A stretch of 56,727 nt of DNA from Candidatus Hodarchaeota archaeon (GTDB taxonomy: Archaea > Asgardarchaeota > Odinarchaeia > Odinarchaeales > JBHLKK01). This document shows, in pieces, positions 9,573-18,342 of the stretch. The position numbers and the translations under genes were made by a program. Under the pieces are notes generated by a model. The model worked only from the letters and a program-made list of their open reading frames with translations. It made no database searches and was not told the DNA's origin. Each line of letters begins with the position of its first letter. Positions within the stretch are counted from its first letter, which is position 1. Location: the NCBI GenBank assembly GCA_048886745.1, contig JBHLKK010000004.1, forward strand, positions 1 through 56,727, in the 5' to 3' direction.

Positions 9573-10254
9573 TTTTTCCCTTCCTACTCATCAAGAGTTC
9601 TGCTAGTTCAAAATCTATGTAATCGTTAATATCAATCGATTCAAATTTTCCCATTTTTAAGAAACCAGTCTTTCCCCCTACTAGAGTATTCTCCTTCATT
9701 AAAAGATCTCTTTTACACATGTAAACCGATCCGTTCTCTTTTAACAATGGTTTAATAAATTGCCTATTTCTCAATATCCTTGGATACAACCTTTCATATT
9801 TCCCGCTTTTCTCAATCCAATAGTGTCCCCGGTCTTCAACAACGCTCAAAACTGAATCGAAGTCTCCCTCTTTTAATATTTTTATTGCTTCAGAAATTCT
9901 TTCAGGTCTTAACAATGGAGAAGTAGCGTATAGCAGAACTATTATATCTGGTTTATAATTCTCATTTTCCTCCAAGTGTTTCACAGCATGCTGTAAGACA
10001 GGTAGGGTTGGGATTTCATCTTCAGCAAGTTCTTCTGGCCTTATGAATGGAACCTCCGCTCCATGTTTCTTAGAAATCTCAGCAATTTCCCTATCTTCAG
10101 TAGATACTATGATTCTATCTAATTCCTTTACCTTTAGGGCAGTTTCTATTATGTGAGCTAAGAGCGGTTTCCCGAAGAATCTCTTAATATTCTTCCTAGG
10201 GATCCCTTTTGAACCACCTCTTGCTGGAATTACAGCAATAACTCTCACCGTCAT
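9559..10254 (-). CDS. neuA: CMP-nonulosonate synthetase (NeuA/PseF family cytidylyltransferase)
   Basis: IAVIPARGGSKGIPRKNI, VSTED, PFIRPEELAED, ENGSVY, SIDINDYIDF. Confidence 0.95.
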   Translation of the reverse strand: MTVRVIAVIPARGGSKGIPRKNIKRFFGKPLLAHIIETALKVKELDRIIVSTEDREIAEISKKHGAEVPFIRPEELAEDEIPTLPVLQHAVKHLEENENYKPDIIVLLYATSPLLRPERISEAIKILKEGDFDSVLSVVEDRGHYWIEKSGKYERLYPRILRNRQFIKPLLKENGSVYMCKRDLLMKENTLVGGKTGFLKMGKFESIDINDYIDFELAELLMSRKGKNEKG

Positions 10255-10441
10255 ATCACCCCATAATCAAAGAAGAATAGATAACTTTCTGTTTCTATAA
10301 TAACCTTGCCTAAAATCTCTGTATGTAATACCTTCAAAAGTTTTCATCTTTTTTAATCATCCGTAAGCTGTTCATCCACAATTGACCATGCGCAATTTAT
10401 GATTCTTTAACATGTTGAAAGTAAGTTACTTCTCACAAGTC

Positions 10442-11596
10442 TCATTTTAATTCTTCAATAGACTTCTTTATGGCGTCAATTACCTCCCGAATCTGTTCTT
10501 CGTTCATCTTTGGAAACAATGGTAATGTAATAATCCTATTAAAAACCTGCTCAGTTACTGGAAAATTCTCAGGGCTAAAACTGAAGTGTTTTCTATAATA
10601 CGAGAAGCGGTAGATTGGGATATAGTGAACATTTACTCCGATATTCTTTTCCCTCATTTTACTAAAGAAGGCATCTCTATCTAAGTTATTTAACAAAGTT
10701 GTGTAAATGTGCCAAACATGCTTAACATTGGGTCTAACAACAGGGACCTCAAATTCGGGTATGTCTCCTAGAATTTCATTGTACCTTTTCGCAATTTCAC
10801 TCCTTCTCCTTATGAATAAATCAAGCTTCTTTAACTGAGAGAGGCCTAAAGCTACCTGAAAATCTGTAATTCTATAATTCCTGCCGAGATATTTCAAATC
10901 ATATGCCCAACCCGCCTTTGGACCAAATCTCTCCAAGGCGCTCTTATCTATACCATGATTCCTTAACATCTTCAATTTATCATAAAACTCTTCATTGTTT
11001 GTGGTGATAACCCCTCCCTCACCTGTTGTTATATGCTTCACAGGATGAAAACTAAATACAGTTGTATCTGCAGAGTTTCCTATCTTTTTTCTGTTATATT
11101 CCGCACCAAGTGCATGACATGCGTCTTCAACAAGGTATAAATTATGCTCATCCGCAATTTCCCTTATTTTGCTTATATCGCATGGATGACCAGCGTAATC
11201 CACGTATATGATTGCCTTTGTTTTATTGCCCAGTTTCTTCTCAATCTCATCTGGATTTATGTTCCTGGTCTCCTTTTGTATATCGGTAAACACAGGTTTT
11301 AAACCATTGAAAAGTATGGCGTTTGATGTTGCTGCAAAAGTGAAAGGAGTTGTGATGACCTCAGAGCCTCTTGGCAGATCCAAAGCTTGAACAGCTATGT
11401 CCAGAGCCGCTGTTCCCGAGCTAACGGCAACTGCATACTTACATCCAATGTACTTACATAATGTATTCTCAAATTCGTCAATTTTCGATCCGCTAGTTAT
11501 CCAGTTGCCTTTCAAGACCTCTATAACTTCTTCGACATCCCCCTCATCTATCCAATGCAAACCGTAAGGTATAAACTTGGAGGCCATCCTGAACAC
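10442..11596 (-). CDS. pseC: PLP-dependent sugar aminotransferase, PseC-like (DegT/DnrJ family)
   Basis: FIPYGLHWID, AVSSGTAAL, VEDACHALGA, FSFHPVKHITTGEGG, LGRNYRITD. Confidence 0.85.
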   Translation of the reverse strand: MFRMASKFIPYGLHWIDEGDVEEVIEVLKGNWITSGSKIDEFENTLCKYIGCKYAVAVSSGTAALDIAVQALDLPRGSEVITTPFTFAATSNAILFNGLKPVFTDIQKETRNINPDEIEKKLGNKTKAIIYVDYAGHPCDISKIREIADEHNLYLVEDACHALGAEYNRKKIGNSADTTVFSFHPVKHITTGEGGVITTNNEEFYDKLKMLRNHGIDKSALERFGPKAGWAYDLKYLGRNYRITDFQVALGLSQLKKLDLFIRRRSEIAKRYNEILGDIPEFEVPVVRPNVKHVWHIYTTLLNNLDRDAFFSKMREKNIGVNVHYIPIYRFSYYRKHFSFSPENFPVTEQVFNRIITLPLFPKMNEEQIREVIDAIKKSIEELK

Positions 11597-11653
11597 TACC
11601 CCCTCGATGTATTGTTGTTTTAGTCTAATAATTCGCCTCTATCGATTTTCTGC

Positions 11654-12595
11654 TTAATCTCTCTGTTCAACAACTTCCTTTTCAATCCATTTTTTTGTTT
11701 TTTCAATTCCTTCTTCTAAGGGTGTCTTAGGCTCCCATCCCAGTAACCTTTTTGCTTTTCTGCAGTCACATACTAATTTATAGATCTCACTTTGAGGATG
11801 GTGATGCTCAAAGTATCGTATTTTCCTGGGGTCTTTGCAGATCAACAACGCTAATTCCCTTATTGCGATATCCTTACCAAAACCAGCATTTATTACTTCC
11901 CCAACGGCTTTATCTGAAACCATTGCTCGATCTATGAACTCTACACAGTCTTCAACGTAGAGGAAATCTCTTGTCTGTGTTCCGTCACCAGAAACATTGA
12001 GCATCTGCCCATCGAGAAAAGCCTTTATAAATATGCTTATGACTCCTCCCTCCATATCACTCTTCTGATATGGACCGTAAGTATTAAATGGTCTCGTAAT
12101 TACAATAGGTAGGCCATAAGCATGAAAATATGATAAAGCTAAATTTTCTGCTGCCAACTTTGAAGCAGCATAGGGAGATTTAGGCTTTAAACGGTGTTCT
12201 TCGTTAATGGGTTTTGATAGAACTAAATCATACACCATGCAAGTCCCTATTAAAACTACCTTCACATTTCTTTTCCTTGCTTCCTCTAAAATATTAAAAG
12301 TTCCATTCAAATTTACCTCATAATATCTCTGTGGATTTTCTATGCTCTCTTGAACATCTATTGCCGCGGCAGCATGAATACAAATATCAATATCTTTAAA
12401 AATCCCCTCCAAGACTTCTCTATTTCTTATGTTTCCTAAAATGAATCTAAACTTGGAGTTGTCTTTAAAATCTTCAAGGTTTTTCATTTGACCATTAGAA
12501 AGATCATCCAAAACACATACTCTTTGTCCCTTATCTAACAGCTTTTTTACTACCCATCTTCCAATAAATCCCGCTCCACCAGTTACAAGTATCAC
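11654..12595 (-). CDS. NAD-dependent sugar-nucleotide epimerase/dehydratase
   Basis: VTGGAGFIG, SPYAASK (YxxxK), RPFNTYGP, RDFLYVED. Confidence 0.93.
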   Translation of the reverse strand: MILVTGGAGFIGRWVVKKLLDKGQRVCVLDDLSNGQMKNLEDFKDNSKFRFILGNIRNREVLEGIFKDIDICIHAAAAIDVQESIENPQRYYEVNLNGTFNILEEARKRNVKVVLIGTCMVYDLVLSKPINEEHRLKPKSPYAASKLAAENLALSYFHAYGLPIVITRPFNTYGPYQKSDMEGGVISIFIKAFLDGQMLNVSGDGTQTRDFLYVEDCVEFIDRAMVSDKAVGEVINAGFGKDIAIRELALLICKDPRKIRYFEHHHPQSEIYKLVCDCRKAKRLLGWEPKTPLEEGIEKTKKWIEKEVVEQRD

Positions 12596-12606
12596 TTATA
12601 ATCTCC

Positions 12607-13632
12607 TCATAGCAAACTCTCTTTTTGCAGGAACTTCCTTATCTCTTCTTTGGAAAGCGGTTTTATGTCTTTGGATGAATATGCATTAATATCACCTTGA
12701 AGGAATTGAGGATAAAAAGATTTGTCAACACGTGATAAGCTCTCCATCTCTGGAAGAAGAATAAACATGTCTTTATTTTCTAAGATTCTGCTTGCTTCAT
12801 ACTCAGTCACTAACGCCTCATGCAATTTCTCGCCAGGTTTTGATCCTATTACCTTTATCTCAACATCAGTGGGAGAGTACCCATAGACTGAGGCCAGCTC
12901 CTCGATCATAACCTCAGCTAGATCCGATATTCTTATCACGCTCATCTTGAAAATAAAAATCTCACCTCCTTGTGCTAACTCTACTGCTTTAAGGAGTAAA
13001 TAGATAGCCTTCCGCATAGGCATAATGAATCTAGTCATATCTCCATCGGTTATGGTTATCGGTCCTCCCATCTCGATTTGCCTCTTAAACAATGGGATCA
13101 CAGAACCTCTTGAACCAAGAACATTCCCGAATCTTATGCTTGAAAAAACGGTCTTCCTCGCACCTTTATAATAATTCGCAGAAGTAATTAATCTCTCCGC
13201 TAAAAGCTTTGTAGCCCCCATCACGTTGGTAGGACTAACCGCTTTGTCGCTGCTTGTAAAGATAAGTTTTTCGACTTCTTCTTCGATACAAGAATCAATT
13301 ATGTTTTGCGTACCAATTACATTGGTTTTTATACTCTCAAATGGATTATACTCACAAATCTCAACATGCTTAAGAGACGCTGTATGAAGTACTATGTCAA
13401 TGTTCTCTATGGCAAATCTTACCCTACTTTTATCACGAATATCGCCTAGTAAAACTCTCAGATTAGAGTAATTCTTAAGCTCTTCTTTTAATTCAAACAA
13501 CGCAGTCTCATTTATATCTAATACCCTAACAACTTCTGGATCATGCTTCAATATCTCGTTAATAATCTCCAAGCCTATTGAACCAATTCCACCCGTAATC
13601 AAAATCCTCTTACCTTTAAATACGCCGCTCAT
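12607..13632 (-). CDS. UDP-HexNAc 4,6-dehydratase (CapD/FlaA1/PglF-like, soluble)
   Basis: ITGGIGSIG, ASLKHV, YNPFESIKTNVIGT, SSDKAV, MGATK, RFGNVLGSRGSV, MTRF, GEKLHE. Confidence 0.92.
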   Translation of the reverse strand: MSGVFKGKRILITGGIGSIGLEIINEILKHDPEVVRVLDINETALFELKEELKNYSNLRVLLGDIRDKSRVRFAIENIDIVLHTASLKHVEICEYNPFESIKTNVIGTQNIIDSCIEEEVEKLIFTSSDKAVSPTNVMGATKLLAERLITSANYYKGARKTVFSSIRFGNVLGSRGSVIPLFKRQIEMGGPITITDGDMTRFIMPMRKAIYLLLKAVELAQGGEIFIFKMSVIRISDLAEVMIEELASVYGYSPTDVEIKVIGSKPGEKLHEALVTEYEASRILENKDMFILLPEMESLSRVDKSFYPQFLQGDINAYSSKDIKPLSKEEIRKFLQKESLL

Positions 13633-13977
13633 ACAACCACTTCATTTTAGAGATAATTGTAGTTAAATCTCTTAACTCTAAAAAACCTATTTAAAAATTC
13701 CTGAGGATTCCTTTTGCCTATCTTAGTGAGGCTCATCATTTTTTCTATTAATTACATCCCAAACATCATATTTACGCCCACTTGGAAGAGTACTATATGA
13801 TTGTGCCAATCTACACAGGAATTGGGCTAGACTGGGATATTATCTACTCTCTATTCTACATGCCATTTCATAAACAGAATTTGTGTAAATCGATAAACAT
13901 ATAGGCTACTTTCATTGAAAACAAACTACTTGCATTTTCTATGAGATTCAATCTAAAATTCTGTGGAGTTTGCCTTA

Positions 13978-13995
13978 GGGAAAATTATTTAAGCT
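13978..13995 (+). promoter_or_regulatory. Putative BRE-TATA element of the flippase gene
   Basis: GGGAAAATTATTTAAGC (purine run followed by a TTTA[A/T]A-like box) about 50 nt upstream of ATG 14043. Confidence 0.35.
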
Positions 13996-14042
13996 ATCAC
14001 ATGTTGGTTCTTCCAATATTAATACGTGGTATTACATAACGT

Positions 14043-15515
14043 ATGGGGAAAGTTGTTAAGGTGTCAGAATACAGAGAGTTCGCAAAAAACATCGGGACAA
14101 CTGCTATTGGGCAAATGTTGGTATATTTAGGCGGGATTCTGTTATTACTAATGCTAACAAAGACTCTAGGTGCAGGGGACTATGGTTTATGGGTGCAGGT
14201 TGAGGTTACCGTTTCTCTTCTAACAATTATATCGGGGCTTGGATTACCTTATGCGCTAAATCGCTTTCTTGTCTCCGAGAGAGATCCAAATAAGGTTAGA
14301 GACATATTTTATTCTACAGTTTCATTTACACTTGCATCAACAATACTTTTATCGATTTTCTTATTCATTTTTTCCTCTAGCTTCGCAAATTTGTTCTTTG
14401 ATGGAAATCAGGAAGTGGTTTTAATCGCTGCAATCATTGCCCCTATACGGGCATTGTGGTGGTCATATCTTAATTATTTTAGGGCCTTCCGTGAAATGGA
14501 TAGGTACACTCTCATAACGGTTTCTCAGAGATACGGTGTTATTGTCTTGAGCTCTCTTTTTATCTTCGTAGGATATGGTTTAATCGGCGTTGTTTCCACT
14601 TTGATCATATCTTACACGGCCACGCTGCTGATTTTGGCATATTTGGTAATAAGACGTATCGGGCTAGAAAAACCTGCATTCGTTGGATTAGGAAAACGAT
14701 TGAGATTTAGCCTACCTGCTGTGCCAGGTGCACTATCTTTTTGGGTAGTAGATGTAAGTGATCGTTACGTTATAGGAGCATTATTGGGCGCCGTTTTTTT
14801 AGGATACTACTCTTCCGCATACGTCATTGGAAGCATTTCTATTTTTGCTAGCTCCATTTTAGGTTTAATTCTCATTTCAACACTCTCAAAACTTTATGAT
14901 GAAGGAAAAATGACTGAACTCAAAAACCATATGACTTATTCCCTAAAGCTTTTCTTGATGGTGAGTATTCCTCTAATATTCGGAAATATGGCGCTATCCA
15001 AACCTATACTAACAGTCTTATCGACAGCTGAAATTGCGAATTATGGCTACATGGTGGCAACAGTCACTTCCATAGGAACAGTGTTCTTCGGCGTACAAAG
15101 TATCTTTGCTCAAATATTGGTTGTAGTGAAAAAGACTGAGATAGTTGCATCAATATGGGGAATTTCCGCTTTGGTGAATCTAGCGCTTGCATTGAGCTTA
15201 GTGGTATTTCTGGGCGTCATAGGGGCAGCAATAGCCACTTTAACCTCGTACCTCATAGCGTGCTTTCTTACCACCTACTTCTCATCGAAAATACTTACCT
15301 TCGAAATAGATCTAAAATTCATCGCGAAATGCATTCTCTCTTCACTTGTTATGTATGGGGTTATCTCTCTATTCTCTCCAATTGGAGCCGTACAAACATT
15401 TCTTGTAATCCTTTTTGGAGTAGGGATATATTTCTTCATGCTAATCGTTTTTAGAGGATTTAAAAAGGGAGAAATTAACTTTGTCAAAAACCTGGTTAAG
15501 TCGCTGGGACGATAG
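14043..15515 (+). CDS. Oligosaccharide flippase (Wzx/AglR-like, MOP superfamily)
   Basis: About 14 hydrophobic segments, LTKTLGAGDYGL, LRFSLPAVP, VSDRYVIGALLG...LGYYSSAY, GAAIATL. Confidence 0.92.
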   Translation: MGKVVKVSEYREFAKNIGTTAIGQMLVYLGGILLLLMLTKTLGAGDYGLWVQVEVTVSLLTIISGLGLPYALNRFLVSERDPNKVRDIFYSTVSFTLASTILLSIFLFIFSSSFANLFFDGNQEVVLIAAIIAPIRALWWSYLNYFRAFREMDRYTLITVSQRYGVIVLSSLFIFVGYGLIGVVSTLIISYTATLLILAYLVIRRIGLEKPAFVGLGKRLRFSLPAVPGALSFWVVDVSDRYVIGALLGAVFLGYYSSAYVIGSISIFASSILGLILISTLSKLYDEGKMTELKNHMTYSLKLFLMVSIPLIFGNMALSKPILTVLSTAEIANYGYMVATVTSIGTVFFGVQSIFAQILVVVKKTEIVASIWGISALVNLALALSLVVFLGVIGAAIATLTSYLIACFLTTYFSSKILTFEIDLKFIAKCILSSLVMYGVISLFSPIGAVQTFLVILFGVGIYFFMLIVFRGFKKGEINFVKNLVKSLGR

Positions 15516-15630
15516 TTGTTGGAGAAAAACAACACATTTAGATATGCATTTGGTTGCGATCCCCTAAAAATGTATGAAAAATCATGAATCTATTAGTATA
15601 ATGGGGTGATACCAACTAGTCAAGGGTAAG

Positions 15631-16842
15631 CTAGTGCCTAGGTGGTGATTTGCTTATTATCTTCAATATGGCTCTAGCTACACGTAAAGATGCATTTCCA
15701 TCTAATCGGTACAAATGCTTACGTATATTCTCTTTATAATCGACACTTAAACTCTTTATAAAATCTGGTGGGTCCTGCGCAAAGTCCCTCAACCCTTCAA
15801 TCGTGTCGATGGTTGCACCCAAGCTTTTGAGCAGATTAACATATGGGAATTTAGCAATATCTATAATAACCAGTGGTTTTTTATATACAAGAGCAGTTAA
15901 GCCCGAGGTTGACTGAAATGTGCTAACAATTTCTGCGTTAAAAACTAGGCCTGCCAGTTCATGCTTTGGACTGGTTATTATCACTCTGTCTGGATATTTG
16001 TTGATAAATCGCGTGTATTTGCCTGTGTCCTCTCTTGGGTGAGGTTTTATTATCAGCTGATACTCGCTGTTAAGATTTCCAATCAAAGCTTCTAATATAT
16101 TAATATACTTGTTAAGACTACATATGTTGTCCTCAACTAGTGTTTGTGACAATAGAAGAATTTTTTTCTTTGTTTGATCCAATCTCGGAATGTTATCCAG
16201 CTTGTGAGACAGCATCTCACTAGACGCTGATCTAACTATTTCGTCTAGCAGCACATACCCATACACTACTACTTTGTGAGGTGGAACACTTCTTTTTATC
16301 ATAAGTTCTTTATAATAATCACCCATTACGGCTACTAAATCCGTTCCGCCTAACCCCCACTCAAGGACCCTTACTTTCCAGCGTATTAGGACGAGAATCT
16401 TTGAGATCAGACGGTTTCTTATAATTCTTGAGAATAAACGCCACAAAAAATATCTTCTCCATCTAAAAATGGATTTGATGCTCTTTCGCACTTCTTCCGA
16501 TAACATACCTACCTGAACCGCTATTACAGGTATACTCCTTAGAAGAGCTAATTTAACAATAAAGGCGTTTATCCCGCCATCATCACCAACTATTATAATG
16601 TCTGGACTTTTTTCTTCTAGAATTTTTTTTGCAGTAATTATGCGGTTATCCCCTACAAAACCCTTCAATATACCGGGCTTCCTGTAAGCTTTATCATGTT
16701 CCAATCTATACGTATTAATCATTTCACATTTTACTTTGTCTGCAGAAATTTCTGTTAGTTCTTTAGCAATACTCTTTGATATCCTTACGCTATTTGGACA
16801 TCCTGCTACAAATAGAACCCTGTAAAGATTCAATTTTTGCAC
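15631..16842 (-). CDS. GT-B fold protein, candidate nonulosonate (sialyl-type) transferase
   Basis: PDIIIVGDDGG, DLVAVMG, VVVYGYVLLD, LIIKPHPRE, STFQSTSGLTALVYKKPLV. Adjacent to NeuA/NeuB genes and the flippase. Confidence 0.65.
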   Translation of the reverse strand: MQKLNLYRVLFVAGCPNSVRISKSIAKELTEISADKVKCEMINTYRLEHDKAYRKPGILKGFVGDNRIITAKKILEEKSPDIIIVGDDGGINAFIVKLALLRSIPVIAVQVGMLSEEVRKSIKSIFRWRRYFLWRLFSRIIRNRLISKILVLIRWKVRVLEWGLGGTDLVAVMGDYYKELMIKRSVPPHKVVVYGYVLLDEIVRSASSEMLSHKLDNIPRLDQTKKKILLLSQTLVEDNICSLNKYINILEALIGNLNSEYQLIIKPHPREDTGKYTRFINKYPDRVIITSPKHELAGLVFNAEIVSTFQSTSGLTALVYKKPLVIIDIAKFPYVNLLKSLGATIDTIEGLRDFAQDPPDFIKSLSVDYKENIRKHLYRLDGNASLRVARAILKIISKSPPRH

Positions 16843-16864
16843 CTCTCTTGATTAAAAATGCTAA

Positions 16865-17300
16865 AGATCTATTATACGTCAGTCAAATGATTTTATCAAA
16901 ACGCATGTGGGTCTAAACCTTATAAATGTTGACTTCAAGACTTTAGAAAAATTCTTGATATGTTATGAGTAGGGGTAATATCTTCAATGCTGAATTGATG
17001 CACATCGCTGAGCCTAGCAAATATAATAGTCCTTGTGTCTTGTTCTTTTCTGGCAAATCCTTTTGACCGACCTATTATGTCTCCCATGGAGAAATATGAA
17101 GTTATAATCGGAACAATTATGATTAACTAGGGGTCCAACTCAATGTAAGCTGATCTACTTTTGTAGGAAACTCACCCAAAATAACCGAGAATATTCAACC
17201 CCAGCACTGCTATTGAAGTGACAGCTCCAAAAAGCAGCCGAACGATTATTAACGGAGAAGGTATCGCCAAGACTACCAATAATGGCATCAATATAATACC
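16865..17300 (-). pseudogene. Chimeric remnant: GT2 C-terminus fused in frame to the last ~45 codons of a membrane-protein paralog
   Basis: 17300-17046 gives GIILMPLLVVLAIP...LGYFG*VSYKSRSAYIELDP*...GDIIGRSKGF, versus GFLILMPLLAILSIP...LGYLGWIYYKSRIANIDLDLK...GGIIGRLKGF of ORF 20822-21811. A 24-nt block at 16916-16939 is identical to 18364-18387. Confidence 0.85.
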
Positions 17301-17500
17301 AATATCAATTTGCTGATGTACTCCATGCATGAGTACAATTGTATAGGATTATCCTAAATCTTATTGTTACCGGGCTTATGGCTGACAATTCTCTAAGGAA
17401 TCTTAAAACCTACTTTACACCAAAGACGGTGTAACGGTCCTCTTACATAAAGCTTATAATAGGTGATGAGAGCTAAAAATAAATACGATTCATAGGAAGA

Positions 17501-18193
17501 GTGGTGGTAGGAATAAAGCTGACCAGTTTTATCCCAGATTTCCTTAAGCCAGTATTAAGGCGAATTCATATGATGTATAAAAGAATGACTAGTCCTTCCC
17601 CACTAACTCGAGGTAAACTTCATGAGTATTGGAAGAAACCTTGGGATGGTAACAATCTTCCAGAAAGCTATTTACGGGGGGAGGAAAAAAGCAAATTTCT
17701 GGTTGAGATCGTGAAGAAATATTCTACTTCAAATGCAAAGATTCTTGAGATTGGCTGCAATGTTGGTAGAAATTTGAACTATCTATTTCTTAATGGTTTT
17801 AAAAACTTGGAAGGTATAGAGATAAGTGATGAAGCAGTGCAATTATTGAAACATACTTATCCCGAAATGGAACGCCATACCAAAATCCATAACGCGGCAG
17901 TTGAAGAAATAATAAGAGAATTTAGAGATTATGAATTCGATATCGTGTTTACTATGGCTGTTCTCGAGCACGTGCATCCAGACAGTGAATGGATATTTTC
18001 TGAAATAGTTCGGATAACGAATCATATTTTGGTTACCATTGAAGATGAGTATGCAGCAAGTTGGAGGGCATTCCCGCGCAATTATAAGAGAGTCTTTACG
18101 CATCTTGGGATGAAACAAATAGAGGATATTAATTGTGGTGAAATAGATGGATTGGGTGATAGTTTCTTTGCAAGAATTTTTAAGAGAAGATAA
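17501..18193 (+). CDS. Class I SAM-dependent methyltransferase
   Basis: KILEIGCNVGRNL, EGIEIS, FDIVFTMAVLEHVHP. Confidence 0.9.
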   Translation: MVVGIKLTSFIPDFLKPVLRRIHMMYKRMTSPSPLTRGKLHEYWKKPWDGNNLPESYLRGEEKSKFLVEIVKKYSTSNAKILEIGCNVGRNLNYLFLNGFKNLEGIEISDEAVQLLKHTYPEMERHTKIHNAAVEEIIREFRDYEFDIVFTMAVLEHVHPDSEWIFSEIVRITNHILVTIEDEYAASWRAFPRNYKRVFTHLGMKQIEDINCGEIDGLGDSFFARIFKRR

Positions 18194-18342
18194 TCTATTT
18201 TTAATATTTGAGATTATTCTGCTTTGATCGAATGGACCTTAGTTTCACATGCATTGACTGCCACAAGAGAGTGAATCCCTAAAGAGTGAATTCAAGGATC
18301 AAAATTGTTGAAGATCTATTATACACGCCTCAAATGATTTTA

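Noticed and set aside
13640-14040. Possible pseudogene fragments (MKVAYMFID...) upstream of the dehydratase
   Set aside because: Too short and degenerate to assign. May simply be divergent promoter DNA.
15631-16842. Calling this ORF neuC (hydrolysing UDP-GlcNAc 2-epimerase)
   Set aside because: It lacks the recognisable NeuC N-terminal TR(A/P)E/D and GDR motifs. Kept only as an alternative hypothesis.
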